DNA of 64,000 nt, from contig NC_092670.1 of NCBI RefSeq assembly GCF_964355755.1, forward strand, positions 7,306,201-7,370,200, in the 5' to 3' direction. A program made the position numbers and the translations under genes. The notes below the pieces were generated by a model that was not told the origin of the DNA, searched no databases, and worked only from the letters and a program-made list of their open reading frames with translations. Below are positions 52,501-64,000 of the stretch, piece by piece. The DNA comes from Antedon mediterranea. Its lineage: Eukaryota; Animalia; Echinodermata. Each line of letters starts with the position of its first letter. Positions within the stretch are counted from its first letter, which is position 1.

Positions 52501-53828
52501 TCAATGTATTACAAGTTGCGACTTTATAATTATGGAAAATAATTAACGTGTAATATACATCAGAATAATTCCTAGTTGACACAGTTTATTAGCATACGGG
52601 TTAAAGATCATGTAGGAATTTAAAATTATTCGTTATATCACAAAAATAACATTTATGTCCTGTACAAATTCCTTTCATGTAAATTACAGTAGGCCTAATT
52701 TATTTTCTATTTCATTTCAATAATAAATCTATGTAAATATCGCATGTAAATTATATAATATATCATGTTTTTTTTATATTTTAAAACTATCCAAACTATT
52801 AGATACTACAATTAAAAATATATATATTTGTATCATAAACAAAATCGTATCGTTTTGAATTCAGGGTAAATTTTGTACAGATTAAGACCATTCAAAGTTA
52901 CAACAAATTTAATTTTAACAAACTTGTTTTTATACAGTTCGTTTCTTGCTTTGTATGTTTGTTTGCTTTATATATTGTTGCTTATATAAAAAAACTCAAC
53001 AAATTAAAATCTCGAGTTATCTGTATCTTCAATATAGGCCAAAATATTAAATAGCGCGCCCTCTATCGGTATGTTCATTTTGCTAAGTATCTCGCTCAGT
53101 TTCTAAGCGCTTAATTTATTAAATATTATTTTTTATTCACTGTGCATTATTAACAATTGTACGTACAAGATACAAGAAAAAAACTCTGAACTACATACAC
53201 TGCAACAACCAAGCACAGCATGTTAAAAATCATGATTTTTAGGCATGTGTGGAGTTTTGGTACCACCAGCAGCTGCGTTAACTGCACGTGCAGCTCCAAC
53301 TTTCTTCAGCTACTTCTAAAAGCTGACCACAATTCAGTATAATTCAACATTTTCCCCATAAATTCTTTGAAGTAGAACGGTTCTGCATTAGACTTCGCCA
53401 AATGTTTAAGCAAACAATTTAGTAGAAAAAGAGGATGGTGTAGAAATAAAACTATTCTTTATGCGTTACAATATTTAGTGTTTTGACAAACATGTAAAAT
53501 GAGGACCCACTCAATCGTGACACATTTACGGACTTGTATCAGATGTATAATCTCCGAAATTGCACTTAAAACCGATATTGCATTTGAGATGTATTAACTG
53601 TTCTTCTTTATCGGCTTTTAGATTGTATCTAGTATATTACATCAATATGGAAAGTGCCCCGAGGTGAACATCATCATTTATATCCACGTGGTACATAGAG
53701 CGTATAACCCCAGGGTAAATGTTGTTCTGCGGGATCCAATATAATTCAATTTAAAATATTATTGTCACACATTGGAAGTGCAAACAATTGTTAATGTGAT
53801 CCTAATGGATATGAATTAAACTTGATGA

Positions 53829-56800
53829 TCATTGCGTAACATTATCATTAGAAGATTGAATATTATCAGACTCCCGGTGGATCCGACGCAACCGATAGGG
53901 ACGTACAAAAACACCATGCTCCGGCTTACACATGAAGTATCTAACACCGTTTATACATCCGTCATTCTTTCCTATGAATAAAACAATAAATAAATTAATT
54001 AATCCAACATCAACATCTAATGAGTTAGTTAAGACTTTGCACTAGATATGTAATTACGATGTTAATGACATGATCATGACAATGATTGATTTTGAAGGAG
54101 AGAAGAGGCGAGAAAGCAAGTTTGAACTTTCTAAAAGGAGGGAGAAGGACTAAGGTAAAATTTAAAAAGTAGGGCAACATAAATAAATGAGGCAGAAGAC
54201 GGATGGATGGATCGAAGAATGAAGGAGAAAGGGATACGAAGACTACCAAAAAGAGAAAAAAAGAAAAGCAGCCGGTAGAAGAAGGATACGAAGATCAGTC
54301 TATCGCAAAGAGAAAAAAGAAAGGCAGCCGATAGAAGAAGGATACGAAGACTATCGCAAAGAGAAATAACAGCCGGAGGAAGACCATCGATAAGGAAAGG
54401 AAGACAGCAGGAGGAAGGAAGATACGAAGACTATCGGTAAGGAAAGAAAGAAAGACAGCCGGAAGATGAAGGATACAACAACAATTTGTGTTTGAAAGAC
54501 AATGGTTTTTGAGAGTTATAATTAAACGTTTCTTTCTTTTTTTTATATGTGAACAAATATTATTTTTTTGTTACAGAGTCTGTGTTTCATATCAGTCACT
54601 TTAGTTTATTTTATTGCTAAGGTCCAGTCTGGGGGGTCACTTCATTATGCCTAGATACTTCATTCTAGTGTGAAGTATCATCTGACAGCGAATTATATAA
54701 TATCATAGGACTCATAAATACCACAAATGCTTTGGGATTTGTCATTCAACCGTTAGACTCTTTCCCAGATGTTTTTTGGTGGTACCTATAAATTACAGTC
54801 GAGTATACATTTTTGCAAAACTGTCAAACTTAGATATATAACTGCTGCTTTACTTTCGGTTTCTTAATGAGTCACCCCCCTGGGACGTAGCGGGCTAAAG
54901 CAGCAGCGTGAAAACAATCGGTAAGGAAAGAAAGAGAGAAAGAAAGTAATAGGAAAGATATGAAGACTATGGGTAATAAAAGAGAGAAATGATGATGGTA
55001 GTGGTGATGGTTATGATGGTGATGATGTGAAGGATGAATGCATACTAGTATTTAACAATAACCAATTGAAATGGGAAAACACAATAATTGCAATACTCGC
55101 AATACAACAGAAGATCTAATTAATTCAAGGCTCACACAACAACAAGAAAATTCGTAACGAGCAAAGGAAATGATTTACAAGTATTGTCAGTACATACGCG
55201 TTATTACTTCGTGATCCCAACTATAATTTAATATTCCCAAATAATTATATTTTTATTATAAAATGTAACAATGTTACTTTGCCTATACTGAGCAGGTGAA
55301 TTGTACAGTATATCGATGTATCATACATTTCCTTGTCTGGCACCATCACTCACATTTCCAGTTATTTTAATATGCAACCCGACTGTTCCGATAGGTTACG
55401 CGTCCGGAAAAACTTTCTTTTTAGACTTATAATTTTTATAGTAGGTCTATACCTTACTAATCGATAATATTAGAACCGAGATTCGCCCGACTATTAACAA
55501 ACCGAGAAAAGAACGTTCGCAAATAATACGTGAAGCGATCATAATATTGATAGCAATCAACGCAGTGTATTCAAATACAAATTAGAACCGACTCACAAGA
55601 TCGTTATCCATCATCGAATTCTCAACTTGATAGTTATAATCATTTCGTTGGTTCTTCAGAAGTTTGAAATGCAATTTGCGAAGAGTTTTACAGCTTCCTT
55701 ATGTTCGCAACGTTATTAAGAATAAAGTAATCGATATAATGAATACGTTTCTGAAACTAATATCTTTGAATGCACACCCAGTACACCTGCTAGTTGGTTT
55801 TTAATCGTTCTTGTTTAAATGAACTTGCGGTTAATAGGTTTTATATGGAGGATGTACAGTACTCACGTGACTCATCTTATAATGTAATTACATGCGTTTG
55901 TGTATAAAATATTAATAGTGACGACAATTTAGAAGATTATACTGATGACGAAAAAACAAAAATAATTGCAATGGTATATTTCCAAGCAGTAAACTACTGT
56001 AGACCTGAACTCGCCACCAGGGCGAGTTATACGTTATCCGCGAAAACGATCAGTACGAAACAAACGCCGTGTATGTGCGCGGAAATGTTAGGATACCAAT
56101 ATAGATGTGAAGAATATTATATAAGAGTTACATTAAAATCTATGCTTGTTTCAAATTTATGATTATATATAAGTGATTAATGATTAAGCAAGACAATTAA
56201 AATAATTGAACGTTAAATACTATAATGACGATAATGGAAATAAAGATAATATTGATACTGTCAATTAAGACGTGTTCATCATACATCTAACACGTTTAAG
56301 GTACCTAGGACGCCTTTTAATTTACAGACAGAAAACTACCTTTAAACCAACCTATTTCATTTTCAAAGCCTTTAAAATACAATTTTGCCTTAATCAATCA
56401 CTATCTATCTTGTTATGTCTCTGGAAGGCATTTTAGCGCTTCGTCTTCTCAGTTTAATATTCAAACCGCTTTTATTTTATTACCACCTTGTCTAAGGGAT
56501 TATATTCAAAGCGGCCGCAGGCTAGAGAATGCAGTGTAATTGTTAATGGTATTGAGTGGATTTTAATAATTAATATAATTTATAGTGCAACACAAGAGAA
56601 CGTCTTTCATCTTACAATATCATTCAACCGTAACGTAATCAAAAGTGAGTTAATAATAATTTCGCGGATAACAGAAACATCTATTTAAAAAATATGTGTC
56701 TACTTTCTATGTATAAACAGGGACGTATCGGACACAAAACTATTGGTTAATCTTTCTATCACAAGTTATTATTACAAAATTACTGCGCTGTAATTGGCCA

Positions 56801-59507
56801 AATTGTCCTTACGTTGCATCCTAGTATAGTGGAAAGTCTTACTATACCTAAAATGAACAGCAATAATTCAAACGTCTGCTTAAAAATAAGTTATAACTAT
56901 ATATATTTTTCAATCAGACACTTTAAAAGAAATTTGTATTCAGTACGGAGTACGTGGTAACGCCTTAAAGGGCAATTCCGTATTTAAAATTCGTAAGGTT
57001 TAACATGTATCTATATTGTAATATCCCTAGCGCTGAACGTCATAAAACAAAACGACTGATACTCAAAATAGGCGCGCGCGGGAGCAGAGCAATTACAGAC
57101 TAGTCGGCGTATTCAGCAGGTTTATTTTCGTTGTCGTATTATTTATATCGGCTTGTGCTATGTGTTATAAAATGTATTATATAAGTGGCTATGTATATGT
57201 CTGCTTTATTTACACTTACATAATTACAAATAGGGTAATGATGTATAATAACAATAAACAACAGGGAACGAAACGAATTGTCGACGAAGTCAACAACAAA
57301 CACTCGAAACGCGATCATTTTAATTATTTGTCACAGTTTGGAATTTGCATTTGCAGTTTCTTATTTGCATTTGAAGATCTAATTATTTGATTTCGAATAA
57401 ATTACGTTACTGTACCATTTTTTCAATAGCAGCAGCTTTCAAAAAGTGTATAATCACTATATCAGACGATTTGAATAGTATGAACGGAAAACGCATTATT
57501 TACAGGTGTTAACCAACTTAAAGGATTTTAAAGAACATAAATTATATAATAAGTTGTATAAGCTCGTCGTCTTCAATGCACATTTAAAATGGATGCACAT
57601 TTAAAATGAATGCACTTTATTAGGATAGTGCTTGTGTATAAATAAGCAATTTGTTTCCTTACAATATGTATACATATCTTCAAAAATGCATGAGACATTA
57701 GTGTATGCGGGTGGTTAAACCTCTGCAGAGCAAAAATGAAGTTCTTGTTTTAATGTAAATATTTTTCATTATTCAGAAATTTAAAATGTATATTAAAAGC
57801 TGATTGATTGATTGAATACTTACCATTGGCTTTATCTAGTCTTAGCCCAGCCCACATTCCTTCTTTGAAAGACGTCTTACCAAGGAATGCGACTTCACCG
57901 ATCCGAGATTTGCCAAATCTTGCTCTTACTCCCAGTCGCACCCAAGAGGGGATGCACACACTCGGCTCTTCCATGCTTGTATCATGCACGCTGTTACTGG
58001 ATGTGTTCCAACTATACACTGAGAGCTGACTTCCTAAGCTAACAATACCAGTGTCAGAGCTGCTGTTACTATCAGCGTAAAAGCTACCGACACTACTTGT
58101 TTCGATGTCAGCATTCATCTTGCTAGCTTTCCTTTGCTGGTTCTTGTCGATGCTATTTCCTTTGTTGAAGTAACAGTTCAAAGTTTTGACGTCCAGTATA
58201 GCTGCTGGACTTTCATTGCTCTCATTGTGTTGAACTATTGAAATTGGCTTAGATATTCCTTCAAAGAACTCTGGTTGAAAATCTTTGCACATGTTATTAT
58301 TATTGTTGCTATTGCTATTACTGATACATTCTTTATCAATATGAGTTGTTTCTGTAGAATCATTAATCACACCCTCTAACAAGTTATCTGTGTCGTGCTC
58401 GAAAAGAATATCAGGAATGTGCATATTTGTTGCAACATTTGCATCGTTTTCAGTTTCATCCATAATATTCATAATTGTATTAAAGTCATCTAGTACATTT
58501 GTTGAAGCGTCTACATCTGAATGTTCATTTATACATTCTTGTTGAGATGAGCAATTATTAGATTCATCAAAAGTTAATTTATCAAACTTAAAATATTGAT
58601 TTCCATCTTTTTGGAATGTTTTCTCACTGTCTTGAGTAGGTAATAAAGAAGTGACAGTTTCATGACATTTCTTTCTGGGTGAAGTTTCTGTTACGTTTAA
58701 CAGTGGTTTTGATTCCTTCTGAGGGAATTGGTGCGATAATGGTGTGGGTTCCTCCTGCAAATGTTTTCTATGTACTGTTGTAAAATCATGGTTAGTACTT
58801 TTATCTAAATCCTCTATCCATGACTTTCTATTTTGGCTAATCTCTTGAATGTTAGAATCTTCTAAATTGTCATCAGTGTCATCGTCGTCAAACCCTATAC
58901 ATGTAAGACTAAGAAAATCTGAAAAGTTCCGTGACCCATAACCGCTTGACACTGAAGAGACAGGACTTGATCTGCCACCTACTAACTCAGAACTTTCTTT
59001 TTTAAGCTGGAGGCTAGAATGTCTTCCAGGAACTTCTTTGGCAAATGGTTCTCTTTTATGATTTTGAGAATTATTATCAAAGACCTCAGCTACCTCTTTA
59101 ACAGTTGTTTCCTTTCGTGTTGGAGAGCTTAAAGATTCAGTTAATACATTTTGACTGATTCGTTCTTGTTCAAGTGGATGATTAAAAATACTAGCCGTGC
59201 TGTTGATAATATTGTTTTTACATAGTGATGATCCATTGTTCAAAGTACAATTTTCACTTACAAAATCAGAAGATTTATCACTACTATAAGTTGTACAGGG
59301 AGCAGAGGAAACACTGTAAATAGGGATGGTGTCTAAGGTACTTGGTCCCAAGTCTTTAGTTATTGCTAAACTACTAAGGAATGTGGAAGTGCTTGCGGTC
59401 CCATCAGGAGAAACATTCAAACTTTTGTCCAAAATTATCTTTTCTATGTAAAGTTCATACGATGAAGTCTTGTTTTCTAACACTGATGGCTCAAGATATG
59501 TATCATT
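53829..59507 (-). CDS. C-terminal exons of a CAP-Gly domain protein, kinesin-3 KIF13B/Khc-73-like; upstream exons not identified in the window
   Basis: 1684-bp Ser/acidic-rich exon 59507-57824 ending PSWVRLG...[26 protein letters not shown]|, spliced in phase to 53971-53829 ([25 protein letters not shown]...stop), completing the CAP-Gly domain. KIF13 identity is inferred from architecture only. Confidence 0.85.
54140..54480. repeat. Degenerate purine-rich minisatellite (~50-bp unit, GAAGGATACGAAGACTATCG...CAGCCGG)
   Basis: About five imperfect units; resumes at ~54915-54990 after an intervening sequence. Confidence 0.7.
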
Positions 59508-62500
59508 CTGTGAATCAAATACAAATAAGATTAATTACAATATCATGGATGCAAAGGCTACATAGTCTTTTCAATACATGGAAGTCTATTACAATTATGG
59601 TAGAAATCATACTTATAACAACTATAACACATGTTTGCATTGAAATCAATAGTTAATATCCTACAGCAATAGCTGTTAGTTGCACTTTCTACATATTTTA
59701 ATATATATTTAAACACTAGATAACTTTTCACACACTGATTATAGGTATATTGACTTCAGTTGAGGGAAATAGTTCAATCAAACTCAAAAAGATTTTGGTA
59801 TAAAGTTTAGTTTCACCAGATTTTAGGCACATAACATAAACTCATGGTTGGCATGTTGCCATATAATTACATAGCAACCTACACTTTTAGATTTACATTA
59901 TGGCGAGACATATTGTTGTTAAAATACATAAAAATAGAGAAAAACAAAAGAAATTATAAAAAAAAAAATTGAAGAACTTTTTTGAGGTAGACCTTTCACA
60001 TTAGCAGTGATGAGAACCATGACTGTATATTTCCCATGGTATGAAGATAATGAGGTCATGTTTGAATTTATCTCGATTGAAATTACTGTAAATGAAAACA
60101 ATGTATTCTCCCATCATACTTCAACAGTATCTAATGAATCTGACCATAAAGTATCAAAAAGCTTCGCAAACTATATTAACTAAAAGAAGCCAAGAAGCTA
60201 AAAGACTAAAAAAGATAAGCATGCATATAAAAACTGTAATTGTTATGTAATTGTTCTTTATATATCTGAACTTGTGGTAATTTTTCAGTACTGACGCCAC
60301 TAATAATACAAAAACATGCAATCTAAAAGACTGTACAACTACAATAAAAAAAATGTATAGTAATAAATAATGAGTATAAAAATACTAAAAAAATTTAAAA
60401 TAATTTGGTAAAAAGGAAGAAAAAGAACACCCAACATAATATTTTAATACAGAATTTTGCAATAAAGTACTATCTGTAGTATAAGGTGATCTATTCTTAA
60501 GACAAAATATTAATATTTTCTTATTTACTGACCGACGATTAATTGAGTTTTGCCATTTGCTGGTGTAACAATATCTATTTGACAAGTCTTGAAAGGTTAT
60601 TTTTAAATACAAGTGATAAATCCAATTTTAAGGAAATATTAAATTACATGTAATATGATAGCATTTTTATTTTTAAATAAGGTTATAAGATATGCATCAG
60701 TTATAATACTATGTATGTGTTATAAATTGAACAGATAAAATAGAAAGAGTGCATGTTGTTAATTTAAATACAAATGTCAAAAATAAATTGAGTAGAAAAA
60801 CAAATTTAATTTCTTTCAATAATTATGAGTGTGAATACCAATTATTTTTATATTATTATTTATCAATCAATAATCTATTTAAATTGTTAATATTAAGTAT
60901 CTGTACTTGCAAATATAATATTTCAAATTATAATTCTAATTTTAATATCTTTTAACATCATATATTATAATAACAATGGTACATAGAATATATATTATTT
61001 ATTTATATATTTCTTCTCCATGGTAAATAATTGACCTTTTGAGGATAATGACTTTTTTTCATAGCATACCTGTACATGTATTCTTTACAAATACTCTTTT
61101 TTAAAGATTGTTATGTTGCCAAGGCAAAAGATCAATTAAAAGACAAGGTTATTCAGTATATTTTTAATTTGTGTTAATGACATAATATGAATTCTTGAAT
61201 AAACCAGGGAGTTGTAATTCAATGCACTCACCAAAATAGATTTGAACTATAATAAAAAAAAATCATCACAAATTACAACAGACTACACATAAACTAATTA
61301 ATAAGAAACTTGTTTATTGTGATAACGACAAAAATAAACAGATTCCATATTCTACGCTATAATATTTACATGCAAAAAAGAAATATTAAAGGCATGCTGT
61401 GCAACTTTACCTACCAATTTTAATCATAGTTGTCCGTTTGACTATTGTGAAAAAAAAACACATCAAAAAATGAACCATTCAAATCAATAATTAATATAAT
61501 ATTGAATAATGTTACTGTATTGTATCACACAAATTATAATAAAAATATCATAAACGTTATGAACAACAGAGAGTGCAACAAACTTATTTTATTAAACAGT
61601 AGGTTTTGTTTAGTTTGAGAGATGGCATTGGTATTTATTTCAAGGCCTACTGTATTACAAAATACAGATTAATATTATGGATCAATACAAATAAATATTA
61701 AAATATTTATATTGATAGTATGAAACGAGTAAGAAAAATGGCTTAATGTTGATAATAGTTTAATAGTACCAGATTTGATATCTACAATTAAGGTTCTGCT
61801 GTAAAAGAGCCTAAAAGTGCAAAATGTGTCCAAATGGTGGAGCCCGATGTCGCACATTTCATATCTCTCAGGTTTCATATCATCTTCCTGTAGGTACTGT
61901 ACAGAACCTTGTTTTTAGTATATTCGCACATGGGGATTCCGCTAAGGGGCCCTTTGTGTTGAGCTGCCACCAACAGTGCTTATTTTTCTGTTCAAAGACA
62001 GGGGCTTAGATGGACACCTACTCGTTCACTGCACTGGGTTCTTGTGCACATAAGTCAGATGTGCATTGTATCTCTAGTTTTAATCTGTACGTGAGGAGAC
62101 ATGTTTGGGGAGAGATTTCAACATGTGCTAACTTTATGGCTATGGTTTGAAGTGTCCCTGTAACGCTTGGTGTGGAATATGAGAATGGGGTTAGGTATGT
62201 TATAACCAAATATAGTACCTATGTATTGAGTATATCCGTATCAGTATTTTTGGACAAGACATAGGTATGTTAGTGGTAGATGTAATTAGGAGAAGACAAA
62301 CATTTGCAAGAAACGTTAAAAAAATCAATAGATTCAGAAGGATATATTAATACGCTTTATGTATGCATACTATGATTCTATAACTTTCTAAGAAAATTAA
62401 TACCTACTTTATCTGCATACAAATACCTAAAATAAATGTATTGTTTACACTACATATTGCTGATATTTTGTACAACAAAGCGATATTTATGCTACTGGCA

Positions 62501-64000
62501 ATTCCTGGAGACAAACACTTAAACAAATTTATGACCATGGAAAACTGCAGTGGTTCTGTCACTTATAATCATGAGATTAATAATAGACAATTTAGAAACA
62601 AGCCACAGGTAGCTAAGCTAATCATCCAGGCTACTTGGAGAACCAGGGCCTTAGCATTTATCTTTTTACATAAATATCCCCAGGTATCTGTTTATGGGAC
62701 ATTAAGGATTTGATGGTTTGGTTAACATGCTATAAGAATATATCTAGTTCACTATTTTAAAATGCAATGGGTTAAATTAAAAAGAATATAAAATTCAGAT
62801 TAATGATAGATAATATATAAACACACCACAGGTGTTACTGTTAGCAACACATCCAGGACACTTGGTAAAGTCAGATAATATGCCTGGAAAGTTTATAGTT
62901 ACTAGCTACAATTTCAATCAAAAAAGTTGAATAGTTAAAATAAACAAAAAATGTAAATGAATAATGCTAAAATAGACAATTCTCCAGCATATCAGAGCAA
63001 AATCCAAAAATGTTTAGTTAATCATGTGACAGATCAAGTATTTAGTGGCCAGAGCCTTGTTTTGTACGTTACAGATTATTCAGTACAATATAATTGTAGT
63101 GAATTTATAGAGTCTATACTCTATATGTCTTTCTACTATGATCTTATTTTCTCTCCCCATTAATATCTATAAGATTTACTACTTATACTTGACATGCAAA
63201 TTAGGGGCTTCTGAGGAGGATCAAATGTTGCCTCCAAAAGTTTCCCACCAAAATTATACTATTCTGATTGGCTCATAAATTAAGCAGACTAGTCTGAAAC
63301 ATCCTTTATCTAACTACAAGAAATCAGAAACATAATATTATGACAATAATAATTATTTCATAATTTAAAAAAAGGAAATATTAATTAATTATTTGAAAAT
63401 GTAGGTGTCTTTTATGTTAATAGTATAAAGTAAACTAATTATCTTGATAATTGGTTGATGCCACTGTCTCCTGCAGTAATGGAAATAAAATGTCAAGATA
63501 TTTTCAAAACTATAAACAGTGATTTCCTAGAAACGTGGCCTTACTTGCTGGAGTTTATTTGCCATGCAAACAATAATTGTCAACTTGTTTTTAAGTAAAT
63601 TTCTCTTATCAACTCGCAGTAAACAGAGAACACTCGTTTGATTGCCCTTAACCAGTGACTGCTATGTCAACCCACTTATGACAATCTGTTTGAATATACA
63701 ATTTTAAGAAGATCAGGCTTAACGACTAATCATTTTTGTTCAATTATTTCAGTACTATTTGATTTATTTATTTCCTTTCTGACATCAAGCAGTACTCAAT
63801 TCAGGCTTATGGTAATTGCTCATTCAGTTTTTAACTTCAATATTTACTACAATATTATAAATTTATCAATCATTGAAACAAAAGTATCAATAATAATTGT
63901 TGACCTCAATCCTCTCATTTCTGATAGCAGACATCTCCTATGGGTACTGTATGTTCAGACTCTTAACAGGAGAGTTAAGGCCCTTTTATACTAGGACGAT

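Noticed and set aside
57750-57823. C-terminus KYSINQSAF...YLH of the 577-aa ORF
   Set aside because: Intron read-through past a strong GTAAGT donor; the CAP-Gly domain is completed by exon 53971-53829.
61824-62209. Upstream exon of the CAP-Gly gene
   Set aside because: Slightly GC-richer, but I found no frame with convincing splice sites or recognisable protein.

Overview
AT-rich, intron-containing animal genomic DNA, not prokaryotic. A DeuSINE/Nin-type SINE and abundant TAGGCCTA suggest an invertebrate deuterostome such as an echinoderm (inference). Left to right: (1) the 5' three coding exons of an SLCO/OATP transporter (-); (2) an intronless ~316-aa orphan ORF (-); (3) a tandem array of four MS4A/CD20-like four-transmembrane genes (+), all exons resolvable by hand, the first carrying two CAG>TAG stops that flank an intact TM core; (4) a complete 8-exon SLC30/ZnT zinc transporter (-); (5) the last two coding exons of a large protein ending in a CAP-Gly domain, KIF13B/Khc-73-like (-). 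Introns hold many nested mobile elements. The most striking is a 2,154-bp CAC...GTG DNA element with a 4-bp TSD whose two ends resemble asymmetric V(D)J recombination signals (heptamer-like + 11- or 21-bp spacer + ACAAAAAGT nonamer-like). All calls come from manual reading; no searches were run.
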